Below, piece by piece: positions 8,515 through 17,016 of a stretch of 32,000 nt of DNA. Both the position numbers and the translations under genes were made by a program. The stretch comes from an uncultured archaeon. GTDB lineage: Archaea > Iainarchaeota > Iainarchaeia > Iainarchaeales > Iainarchaeaceae. Position 1 is the first letter of the stretch. The number at the start of each line of letters is the position of its first letter. Below the pieces are notes generated by a model. That model was not told the DNA's origin. It did not search any database and worked only from the letters and a program-made list of their open reading frames with translations. Location: contig CAZNZM010000002.1 in NCBI GenBank assembly GCA_964577555.1, positions 119,987 through 151,986 on the forward strand. The letters are read 5' to 3'.

Positions 8515-9075
8515 CTACTTGTAATTTTCTGCAACTATTTCATTGATTGCCTTTTCAAAGGCTGCTGTAGTCAAGGATGATCCCGCTATTTGTTTTGGGA
8601 TTTTGATTTCCGTGATTTTTTTGCCTATTGCAAGGTTTGGCAGTTCATCATTGACTTTTTTCACATAGCTTTTTGTAATGTCGTTTGTTGATTCGCCTTT
8701 AATTGATGCTTTTGTAATTATTTCGTTTTCCACTGAAATGCTTACTTGCAAATTTTCTGTTCCTTTGACTTCGTCTTTTGGATAAGTGTATTTGACTGCT
8801 TTTGAATATTCGCCGTCTGCTATTGCTTTGTCTATTGCTTCTTTGATTTTTTCTTCGCCTGTTTTTGGATCGCCGGTGTTTATGATTGGTGTTTCATCTT
8901 TTATATTTGTGTTTTCTTGTGATTTTTGATTTTCTTGAGTTTGTTTATTTTCTGTATTTTGAATATTTTGAATATTCTGTTGGGCATTTTGAGTGTTTTG
9001 TGCCGTGTTTTGTTGTTGGGTGCAACCAGTCACCATTATTAGTGCGATGAAGATCATCGCGCTTGCAATTATCAT
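8515..9075 (-). CDS. Lipoprotein with FMN-binding domain (predicted covalent FMN acceptor)
   Basis: Signal plus lipobox (ALIMVTGC), Gln/Asn-rich linker, then C-terminal AGSSLTTAAFEKAI, matching the (S/T)GAT.TS.A...A flavinylation motif. Confidence 0.85.
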   Translation of the reverse strand: MIIASAMIFIALIMVTGCTQQQNTAQNTQNAQQNIQNIQNTENKQTQENQKSQENTNIKDETPIINTGDPKTGEEKIKEAIDKAIADGEYSKAVKYTYPKDEVKGTENLQVSISVENEIITKASIKGESTNDITKSYVKKVNDELPNLAIGKKITEIKIPKQIAGSSLTTAAFEKAINEIVAENYK

Positions 9076-9292
9076 TTTCGTAAATTGTTTTTTTGTTATA
9101 TTTTCCCCTCCTTTTTTTGTTGTTATAATTCAGCTTGTGCTGAAATTTATTTTATTATTATTGTTTTTGTTTTATAAATTATCGTTTTTATTGAGTTGTT
9201 TTTTTTTGTTTTTCAAGTCTTTTTTTGGAGATTTTTGTTTGTTTGGTTAACCAAATACTTTTAATTTATTTTATGGTTGCTATTTTAGTGGT

Positions 9293-10729
9293 TTGATGTC
9301 TGAAGATAATACTCTTGGCATTACTGTGAAAAAGTCTGAGGATTTTGTAGAGTGGTATAATCAGGTGGTTTTAAAGTCTGGGCTTGCAGATTATGCTCCA
9401 ATTAAGGGTTTCATGGTTATAAGGCCGAATGGTTATGCTATTTGGGAGTCTATTCAGAATTATTTTAATGTTGTAATGCGCCGTCTTGGCGTTCAAAACG
9501 CTTATTTTCCTTTGCTTATTCCAAAAGAGTTTTTTGAAATGGAGGCTGAGCATGCCGAGGGTTTTGCTCCAGAACTTGCTTGGGTTCAATCCAAAGAAGG
9601 TGATAATGAGAAGGTAGCCATAAGGCCTACTTCCGAGACAATAATTTACCATTCTTATTCCAAATGGATTCGTTCTTGGCGGGATTTGCCTTTGCGGATA
9701 AATCAGTGGTGTAATGTATTGCGTTGGGAGGTAAAGCAAACCAAGCTTTTTTTGCGTACAAGGGAATTTCTTTGGCAGGAAGGGCATTGTGTTTATGCAA
9801 CCAAAGAAGAGTGTGATAGGGAGGTAAGGTTGATTTTGGATGAGTATAAGAAGCTTGTTGAGGAGTTGCTTGCAATACCTGTTATTGCTGGTGAAAAAAC
9901 CGAGTCGGAAAAATTTGCTGGTGCGCTTTATACTACTACTATTGAAGGTTTGATGCCTGATGGACGGGCTTTGCAAATGGGTACTTCTCATAATCTTGGA
10001 CAGGGTTTTGCCAAGGCTTTTGGTTTGAAATTTGTTGATGTTGACAAGTTGGAGAAGTTTCCTTGGCAATCAAGTTGGGGTTTCAGTACAAGGTTGATTG
10101 GTGCAATAGTGATGGTTCATGGAGATGATAAGGGCTTGGTTTTGCCGCCAAGGGTTGCGCAGAACAAGATTGTTATTGTTCCTATTGTTTTTGGGGGTGA
10201 GAAGGAAAAAGTTTTGAAAAAGGCTAGGCAGTTAAAGGAAATTCTTTCTGGGTTTGGTGCATTGCTTGATGATAGGGATAATTATAATCCAGGTTGGAAG
10301 TTTTCCGATTGGGAATTGAAAGGAATACCTATTCGTATTGAGGTAGGTCCAAAGGATATTGAAAAGAGGCAGGTTGTTGTTGTTAGGCGTGATAATGGTA
10401 AAAAAGAAGCGGTTTCGGAAAATGAAATTGTGAAGAGGTGTTTTTCTATATTGGAGGAAATGCATAAAGACATGTTTTCAAAAGCAAAAAAATTTTTGAA
10501 TTCTAATATGGTTGAGGCAAAAAATGAAAAAGAGTTTTTGAAATTCATAAATGAAAAAAAGATGGTGCTTGTTAATTTTTGTTGCAATCCTGTTTGTGAA
10601 AAATCTGTTAAGGAAAAGACAGGTGTTACTTCAAGGTGCATTCCTTTTGAACAAAAAAATTTTGTTGGAAAATGCGTTTTTTGCGGTTCCAAATCAGAAA
10701 AAATGGTTCTTTTTGCAAAATCTTATTAG
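9293..10729 (+). CDS. proS: Prolyl-tRNA synthetase, archaeal/eukaryal-like type
   Basis: 478 aa; FFPLLIPKEFFEMEAEHAEGFAPELAWV, IRPTSETIIYHSYSKWIRSWRDLPLRINQWCNVLRWE, TRPFLRTREFLWQEGH-like motif, AMGTSHNLGQGFAKAFGLKF, C-terminal CNPVCE...RCIPF Cys pairs. Confidence 0.96.
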   Translation: MMSEDNTLGITVKKSEDFVEWYNQVVLKSGLADYAPIKGFMVIRPNGYAIWESIQNYFNVVMRRLGVQNAYFPLLIPKEFFEMEAEHAEGFAPELAWVQSKEGDNEKVAIRPTSETIIYHSYSKWIRSWRDLPLRINQWCNVLRWEVKQTKLFLRTREFLWQEGHCVYATKEECDREVRLILDEYKKLVEELLAIPVIAGEKTESEKFAGALYTTTIEGLMPDGRALQMGTSHNLGQGFAKAFGLKFVDVDKLEKFPWQSSWGFSTRLIGAIVMVHGDDKGLVLPPRVAQNKIVIVPIVFGGEKEKVLKKARQLKEILSGFGALLDDRDNYNPGWKFSDWELKGIPIRIEVGPKDIEKRQVVVVRRDNGKKEAVSENEIVKRCFSILEEMHKDMFSKAKKFLNSNMVEAKNEKEFLKFINEKKMVLVNFCCNPVCEKSVKEKTGVTSRCIPFEQKNFVGKCVFCGSKSEKMVLFAKSY

Positions 10730-10733
10730 TTTT

Positions 10734-11192
10734 TCAATTTAATATTTTTTTTGAGTTTGGTTCTGTCAAATCAAGTTCCCAAATTTCTATTATTGAATTG
10801 TCTATTATTTTTTCGTGTATTTGTACAAATTTGAATCCTGCGCTTTTGTAAATTTTTTTGGCTCTTAAGTTGTTCTTTTTCACTAGTAATATTATTTTTT
10901 TGCCGTTGGAGTTTTTGATGAATTTTATTGCATGATTGAGAAGTTCTTTGGCGTATCCTTTTTCTCTTTCTTGCGGTATTATGCTTATTGCATTGAGCAT
11001 CCATGCTTCTGGAAGTTTTTGTATTTCAACAAACCCTATTATTTTTCTGTTTTGTGTTTTTTTGAATATTTTTATGTTTTGGTTTTTCAGTCTTTCTGCA
11101 ATTTTTTCTTTTTGCATTTTTTTGTATGGAAATTCTTTTGCAATTATTTTTTCAAGAAATTGTATGTCTTTTTCTTCTGCTTCTGATATCAC
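10734..11192 (-). CDS. GNAT-family (RimI-like) N-acetyltransferase
   Basis: LNAISIIPQEREKGYAKELLNHAIKFI (acetyl-CoA loop), NLRAKKIYKSAGFKFV. Confidence 0.85.
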   Translation of the reverse strand: MISEAEEKDIQFLEKIIAKEFPYKKMQKEKIAERLKNQNIKIFKKTQNRKIIGFVEIQKLPEAWMLNAISIIPQEREKGYAKELLNHAIKFIKNSNGKKIILLVKKNNLRAKKIYKSAGFKFVQIHEKIIDNSIIEIWELDLTEPNSKKILN

Positions 11193-11884
11193 TTTCCCAC
11201 TTCATTCAAATAACTTTTTATTTCGCTTTCCGATACCGCGCAACCAGCGTATTTTGCCGCCCAGAGAGAGGCTTCGAGTGCTTCTTTTGATTTTTTGACT
11301 TCTGTTTCTATTGCGCCGCATTCGTATGCAAAGGCTATGAGTTCAACTGATCTTATTATTTTTAATCCTGCGAACATTGCTGTGAATTCTCTTGCGGCGT
11401 GTGGGTTTATGGTGATTTGTTTGTGGTGTCTTTTTTCTAGAAAGTCGTGCATGTTGAATGGTTCTTCTACAAGCATTCTTGTTGTTCTTTCATCAACCAT
11501 TACGATTTTTGCTCCTGAATTTTTTGCCAAGGCAAGTGCTTCCGTTTCCCCTTTTTGAATTAGTTTTAGCGGCTTTCCATTGGCTAGGCATATTTCGCTT
11601 GAAATGTTGTTTATATATTGCATAAGAGATTTTATTTCAGGCGTGGATTTTTTCACTTTTATGTATCCTTCTTCTACCGCGTCTTTTATTCTGATTGCAT
11701 TTAGCTCGTATTGTTTTATTTTTAGCGGATTGATTACGCTTTCTTCGTATACTGATTCTGGTATTGTAAAATTAAGTTTTTTCATTTCAGTTAGATTTTT
11801 GATTATTTTTATGAGGCAATTGTCTGATATTGTTATAAGGCTGCTTGAATCGACTATGATTGTTTTGTTTTTGTATTGGCTCAT
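11189..11884 (-). CDS. PIN-like domain protein
   Basis: 231 aa; TIIVDSSSLITISDN, PLKLIQKGETEALALAKNSGAKIVMVDERTTRML carry PIN-like acidic positions; 4-nt ATGA overlaps with both neighbours. Confidence 0.7.
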   Translation of the reverse strand: MSQYKNKTIIVDSSSLITISDNCLIKIIKNLTEMKKLNFTIPESVYEESVINPLKIKQYELNAIRIKDAVEEGYIKVKKSTPEIKSLMQYINNISSEICLANGKPLKLIQKGETEALALAKNSGAKIVMVDERTTRMLVEEPFNMHDFLEKRHHKQITINPHAAREFTAMFAGLKIIRSVELIAFAYECGAIETEVKKSKEALEASLWAAKYAGCAVSESEIKSYLNEVGK

Positions 11885-12432
11885 TTGGCAATCTCCTTTA
11901 GTGCAATTATTCTTTTTTTTATTCCGGTTGTTGTTGGTTCTTCATCATGTATTCTTGTTTCGCCAATATAGTGTTGAAGTTCTTTTTTTTCTGCCCCTGT
12001 TAATTCTGCAGCTTGGCTTAGGCTTAGCCCCAATGCATATGCTGTTGAGGCTTGTTTCATTTTGGCTTTTTCATAAATGTTTTTTGCAAAGTGGCTGAGT
12101 TTGTCGTCAATGTTTTCTATTTTTTGTATTGCGTCTTTTAAGTTTCTTTTGAATGATCTGTGTTTTCCTTGGAGTACTGCTTGGGTGCTTTTTTGCAGCG
12201 ACTTGGTAATACTTGATGCTATTTCTTGCCATTTTGGGTTTTGGATAAAGTGTTCTTTTGTTAGCATTTTGTAAAGTGCGTATGATATTACTGATATTTT
12301 TGCCATGTCGTGGTCAAATGAGATAGTTGCGTCGTTTATGCTGTCGTTTGCAATTTTTTTGATGTCGTAGATGTTGCCCGCTGAAAATGCTTTTGAAAGA
12401 GCGTCTAATCTTTGTGCGAGTTTTGGCTGCAT
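11881..12432 (-). CDS. Conserved hypothetical helical protein co-transcribed with the PIN-like gene
   Basis: 183 aa, translationally coupled to the PIN-like ORF; ASTAYALGLSLSQAAELTGAEKKELQHYIG resembles a HTH-like segment. Confidence 0.6.
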   Translation of the reverse strand: MQPKLAQRLDALSKAFSAGNIYDIKKIANDSINDATISFDHDMAKISVISYALYKMLTKEHFIQNPKWQEIASSITKSLQKSTQAVLQGKHRSFKRNLKDAIQKIENIDDKLSHFAKNIYEKAKMKQASTAYALGLSLSQAAELTGAEKKELQHYIGETRIHDEEPTTTGIKKRIIALKEIAK

Positions 12433-12479
12433 AAAAACTAACTATGGTTTTAGTATATAATGTTTTTGCCTGGTTTGGT

Positions 12480-13068
12480 GTTGTTTATTTTTTTTAAGCC
12501 TGTTTTTTTTGTTTGGTTTTTGCAAGCCGTTTTTTTGTCAATTTTCTTTTTTTGAATTTATTTTTTTTGGTTTTTGTGTTTTTTTTGCGAGCCGATTTTT
12601 TTTGTGTTGTTTTTTTTGTGATTTTATTTTTTTTTATTTAAAATTGTTTTGTCTTTTTTTTGTGGCTTGTTTTTTTTTGAATTATTTTTTTTGGTTTTTG
12701 TGTTTTTTTTGGCGGGCTGTTTTTTTGTGGGTTTGTTTTATTTTTTTTTGTTTTTGTTGGTTTGGTTTTTTTTTGTTGGGTCAATGTTGTTTTTTTTAAA
12801 TTTGCTTTTTTTTGTTTTTTTTTGGTATTGCTAGCCATTTTTTTTTGTCATTGTTTTTTGTGAGCTATTTTTTGTTATTTTTTTTGTGATTTTATTTTTT
12901 TTTATTTAAAATTGTTTTGTCTTTTTTTGGCTTGTTTTTTTTCAAGCTGTTTTTTTTATGGAATTTTGTTTTTTTGGAGACTTTTTTTGTCAAGCCGTTT
13001 TTTGGCGAGCCGATTTTTTTGTCATTTTGTTTTTGTAAGCTTATTTTTTTTGATTTGTTTTTTTATAA
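12480..13068. repeat. Second low-complexity T-tract/AGCC array in a divergent intergenic region
   Basis: Repeated gcaagccg, gcgagccga, gctagccat, gtgagcta, gtcaagccg, ggcgagccga motifs each followed by T6-T9 and often g-t-c-a-T6+. Confidence 0.7.
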
Positions 13069-13134
13069 ATGGTTTTTAAGGTTGTTGTGCTGGCAAGCCA
13101 AGTTTTTTATTATGAAAGTTGCCTTTACATTAGG

Positions 13135-14424
13135 ATGAAATATATTGTTTTGTGTTTTTTTGTTTTGTTGCCTTGTGTTTTTTCTGTATCCAGCAGTGAC
13201 GCGGTTAATTTGGTTATTGCGTCAAACCATTATTTGTATGATTCTGAAACATATACTCCGCCGAACGTTCCAATAAAATTTGAGGACAAGAGTTATTGGG
13301 TTATCCCTTTGACTTCTGGCAAAGATGTTGTCACTTATTTTCCTGTTGAATCTTCAAGAGGAGAGCTTTCCACTTCAAGGCAAATTAATCGCGGGCTTTT
13401 TGAGGTTTCTGATTCTTTGCGCGAATTGCAACTTCTTAAAGCTTCTATTTCACAAGGCAGGTCTGTTGATTGGATTTTTACGCAGAAATATAGGGAGATT
13501 TTTGCAGAGTTTTCTCTTCAATTGCAGGATGAAATTTTTCAATTGAATACTGCTGAATCAATTCTTTCTGCTAATAAAATAGATTCTGATCTTTCTCAGC
13601 TTGTTTCTGGTTTAAGGTCAATGTCTTCACTTTCTTCTGAAATTTCTGAGTATATTTTTGCTGCCTCTAAATCTGAAGATGCTTTTTTTCAATCTCCTTC
13701 TTCTGATAGTCTTTCTGAATTAAAAGAGTCTTATGAAAAGGTTTTTTCCGGAATTTCGTTACTTAATGATAATGCTATTGTTTATCGTAGCGGTATTTCG
13801 AAGTTGAAGCAGGAAATTTCTTTTGCAAATATTGATGCTGAAATAAAGTCTCAGCTTTTTAATATTTTGGATGTGCCTTCAGGGCTTAATGCAGTAAGGA
13901 ATTACAATTTGGATTCAATCCAGATAAAGACTTCTGTTGATTCGGCTTTTTCAAAAACGAGTTTGAGAATGGATTCTATGCTTTCAGAATTGGATAACAG
14001 GATTTTGAAGAATAAAGTATATAATTTGATTTATTCCGATAATGAGAAATTGAAGAAGGCGACTGGTTTTTCGTCTCTTTTTGAAGCTCAGAAGAATATT
14101 CTTTCTGATGAAGTAAAAGACAGTTGGGAGAATTCGTCAAAGGTTTCAGATTTGGAGAAGGATTATTTGAAAGCAGTTGAATTATATAATAAAAGGGTTT
14201 TTTCTCAATCGGAAAAATATGCAAACTTGGCTATTGACGACGCTATTGCTGTTTATAGGGGTGGCCAAAAAAAGAAGCCAGTTTCAAGTATTGATAACAG
14301 TACTTTGGTCAATTTTGCTATTGTCCTTGCTGTTCTCTTAATTGTTTTGTTTGCTTTTAATAATTCTAGTAAAATAAAAAAATGGGTGGAGGGTAAAAAA
14401 GACGAAGTTGATTTTTATGGTTGA
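13135..14424 (+). CDS. Secreted coiled-coil protein with C-terminal TM anchor
   Basis: Signal peptide MKYIVLCFFVLLPCVFSVSSS, long helical region, C-terminal LVNFAIVLAVLLIVLFAFNNSSKIKKW. The track start at 13069 is probably too early. Confidence 0.75.
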   Translation: MKYIVLCFFVLLPCVFSVSSSDAVNLVIASNHYLYDSETYTPPNVPIKFEDKSYWVIPLTSGKDVVTYFPVESSRGELSTSRQINRGLFEVSDSLRELQLLKASISQGRSVDWIFTQKYREIFAEFSLQLQDEIFQLNTAESILSANKIDSDLSQLVSGLRSMSSLSSEISEYIFAASKSEDAFFQSPSSDSLSELKESYEKVFSGISLLNDNAIVYRSGISKLKQEISFANIDAEIKSQLFNILDVPSGLNAVRNYNLDSIQIKTSVDSAFSKTSLRMDSMLSELDNRILKNKVYNLIYSDNEKLKKATGFSSLFEAQKNILSDEVKDSWENSSKVSDLEKDYLKAVELYNKRVFSQSEKYANLAIDDAIAVYRGGQKKKPVSSIDNSTLVNFAIVLAVLLIVLFAFNNSSKIKKWVEGKKDEVDFYG

Positions 14425-15295
14425 TTTTCGTTTTTGTTTTTTGATTTTGTCGTTGGTTTTTTTTTCTGTTTTTGCAGATTCGAGGATAGCAGTCACTATT
14501 GATGAGAATGCTGGTGCTTCTCTTTATCAGTTTGAATCGCGAGAGTTTGTTGTTTCTGTGGTAAATACTTCTGAAAGTGAGGTTGCTGATGTAGTTTTGA
14601 GGTTTGAGCCTTCGGAAAATATTGCAGTGCTTGTGGGTGGCGAGGAAAGGAGGGAGCATTTTATTTCTTTGTATAATATTCAGCCAGGCGAAGTGAGAAA
14701 GAAATCTGTTGAGTTGAAGGCTCTTTCAAATATTGGTGTTGCTGTTTTGAAAATTTATTTTGGTGATGGTTTTTTTGAGAGTTCTTATTCTGTAAATTTT
14801 AATGTAGTTGAATCTCCGCTTTATGTTGAGTTAAGGCAGTTGAAGGAGCCTTTTGTTGAAGAGGAAAAGGTTGAATTGTTATTAATTAATAATTCCTCTG
14901 AAAAGATTGGCTTTATTAAGGCGGTTGTTCTTCCTTCTAAAGTCGTTTCTTTCAAAGGCAAGCCTTTTGAATTAAAAGCTCTTGATTCTAATGGTTCTGT
15001 AAGAGGTGTTCTTAATTATTCAGAAGCTGGTTTTGGCAAGCCAAATAGTGTTGTTGTGCGAGTTTTTTTTGATGATTCTAAGGGTACTCATGTCATTGAA
15101 AAAAGCTTGATTGTTTCTTCTAATGAATATCGTGACTTTGTTGCAATTATTGCTGTTTTGGCGATAATTGGTTTTGTTTTTTATTATTTTAGAAAAAGAT
15201 CAAGATCTGTTGGCAATAGTGGCGATTCTATTTCTGGTCATGCTGGGAATGAAAGTCATGGAAGTAAGCACGATTCAAAGCATAATTTTCATTGA
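14417..15295 (+). CDS. Secreted Ig/CARDB-like protein with C-terminal TM and His/Ser/Gly-rich cytoplasmic tail
   Basis: Signal peptide, beta-rich extracellular part, TM DFVAIIAVLAIIGFVFYYFRKRSR, tail SGHAGNESHGSKHDSKHNFH; overlaps upstream ORF by 8 nt. Confidence 0.75.
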   Translation: MVDFRFCFLILSLVFFSVFADSRIAVTIDENAGASLYQFESREFVVSVVNTSESEVADVVLRFEPSENIAVLVGGEERREHFISLYNIQPGEVRKKSVELKALSNIGVAVLKIYFGDGFFESSYSVNFNVVESPLYVELRQLKEPFVEEEKVELLLINNSSEKIGFIKAVVLPSKVVSFKGKPFELKALDSNGSVRGVLNYSEAGFGKPNSVVVRVFFDDSKGTHVIEKSLIVSSNEYRDFVAIIAVLAIIGFVFYYFRKRSRSVGNSGDSISGHAGNESHGSKHDSKHNFH

Positions 15296-15300
15296 TTTTT

Positions 15301-16368
15301 TTATGCCGAAAATTCTATTATATCACCCATTTTGAGTTCGTATTCTTTTGATACTCTTTGTCCTGGAAATTTTGTAGAACCCCATACTTTGGCGTATTTG
15401 AGGTTTTTTGCTATTTCTTTGTGCACCATTTCCGCTATTTCTGTTATTGTGGCTCCTTTTTTTGTCACTAGTGGTTTTTCTAAGTCTGCTTCTTTTCCGG
15501 GTTTTTTTGTGTAAACAATTATTTTTCCAAGCAATTTGAATATTATTTCTTTTAAGTGGTCGTCTTCAAATGTATTGAATGTGTGCAAAAATAGGCATTC
15601 TTTGTATTCGATTCCTTGGTCTAATACTTCTTTTATTTTGTCTTTTGTGGCTGGTTCTTCCAAAATAATGGTTGCGTTGTGTATTCCAAATTCTTTTAGA
15701 ATGTTTTCCAACTCTGTTTGAGGTATTTTGAGAAAGTTTTTTCCAGTAATTGTAAGTCCTTTGGAATTGGATGGTTTTATAGTTATTTTTGGTTTTTTTC
15801 TTCCTAATATTATTTTTGCTTTTTCCAGTTCTTTTATTATTGTGTTTTTTTCTTCTTCTGTTTTGTATATTAGTATTATTGCATCTGCGTTTCTTATGAG
15901 GCTCATTAATTGGGTTCCGTTTGCTTTTCCTTCGCTGCTGCCTTCTATAATGGCTGGAACTTCAACTAATTGGACTAGTGCACCTTTAAAGTTCATCATG
16001 CCTATTTCTGGCATTGTTGTGGTGAATGGGTAATCTGCTATTTCAACTTCTACTTTTGTCAATCTGTGGAGTAAATAGCTTTTTCCTGAGTTTGGTGCTC
16101 CTACAATTGCTATTTGTCCTGCCCCTTCTTTTTTGATGTTGAAGGATATTCCTGCTCCTTTTTTTGCTTGTTGTTCTTTTTGTTTTTCTATTTCTTTTTT
16201 TAGTTTTGCGATTTTGTAGGTTATTTCAGCGATTAGGTTTTCGCTGGATTTGTGTTTTGGCGCGTATTTTAACATTTCTTTGAGTGACGCAAGTTTTTGT
16301 TCTGAAGTAGTTGCTTCTTGGTATTTTTTTTGTGCAGCAAAATATTCTGGGCCTGCGTTTGTTGTCAT
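15301..16368 (-). CDS. DRG/Obg-related GTPase with C-terminal TGS domain
   Basis: G1 AIVGAPNSGKSYLL, LVQLVEVPAIIEGSS, C-terminal KPGKEADLEKPLVTKKGATITEIAEMVH...KVWGSTKFPGQRVSKEYELKMGDIIEF. Start MTTNAGPEYF preferred to the track start at 16467. Confidence 0.9.
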   Translation of the reverse strand: MTTNAGPEYFAAQKKYQEATTSEQKLASLKEMLKYAPKHKSSENLIAEITYKIAKLKKEIEKQKEQQAKKGAGISFNIKKEGAGQIAIVGAPNSGKSYLLHRLTKVEVEIADYPFTTTMPEIGMMNFKGALVQLVEVPAIIEGSSEGKANGTQLMSLIRNADAIILIYKTEEEKNTIIKELEKAKIILGRKKPKITIKPSNSKGLTITGKNFLKIPQTELENILKEFGIHNATIILEEPATKDKIKEVLDQGIEYKECLFLHTFNTFEDDHLKEIIFKLLGKIIVYTKKPGKEADLEKPLVTKKGATITEIAEMVHKEIAKNLKYAKVWGSTKFPGQRVSKEYELKMGDIIEFSA

Positions 16369-16411
16369 CCGAAAAAATTGAGTGGTAATTATTATTAAAA
16401 TTGTTTTTTTG

Positions 16412-17002
16412 TTATTTAGTTGCTTTGAAGACTGCCAGTTCTTCAAAGAACATTTTTTTTCTTGCAACTATTTTGAATTTTAGATTGTGTTTTTTGAGTT
16501 TTTTTTCGGTTTCTTTGTAATCGTTTATGTTTGTTTGCAGGAAGTAGCATGTTCCTCCTTTGTTTAGGTGGTTTGGGAATTCTTCTATGAATTTGTCCAG
16601 TATTTCTCTTCCTTTTTTGCCTCCGTCAAGGTCCGCGTATTTTATTTCTTCTGTTTCTACGTATGGAGGGTTGAATACTATTAAATCAAATTTTTCTGGG
16701 GCTTTTTTGAAGAGGTCTGATTTTCTTGTTTCTACTTTTTCGGAGAAACCCGCTATTTTGCAATTTTTTTTGGTTGCTTTTAGGCATTCTTGGTTTATGT
16801 CTGTTGCAATTACGTGTGAGGCTCCTTTAATTAGGATGTTTATTGTTTGTATTCCTGTTCCGCAGCCAATATCTATTGCAAAATCTTTTTTTTTGGGTTT
16901 TGTGGCTTGTGCTAGCAAGTATGAGTCTTCTGCCGGCACGTATACGTTTTTTGGACATTCAAAGAGTTTTTCTTTGAAGTAAAATTTTGTTTGGTTGTTC
17001 AT
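16412..17002 (-). CDS. HemK/PrmC-related class I SAM-dependent methyltransferase
   Basis: DFAIDIGCGTGIQTINILIKG, VIATDINQEC, FDLIVFNPPYVETEE. Confidence 0.9.
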   Translation of the reverse strand: MNNQTKFYFKEKLFECPKNVYVPAEDSYLLAQATKPKKKDFAIDIGCGTGIQTINILIKGASHVIATDINQECLKATKKNCKIAGFSEKVETRKSDLFKKAPEKFDLIVFNPPYVETEEIKYADLDGGKKGREILDKFIEEFPNHLNKGGTCYFLQTNINDYKETEKKLKKHNLKFKIVARKKMFFEELAVFKATK

Positions 17003-17016
17003 TATTTTTACCGTTT

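Noticed and set aside
9371-10692. Minus-strand ORFs opposite proS (up to 232 aa)
   Set aside because: Antisense to highly conserved synthetase motifs; low-stop composition explains their length.
12638-12838. 66-aa Lys/Thr/Asn-rich minus ORF that could be read as a basic peptide
   Set aside because: Pure low-complexity translation of A-tracts, no plausible start context, no distinct composition from the surrounding array.
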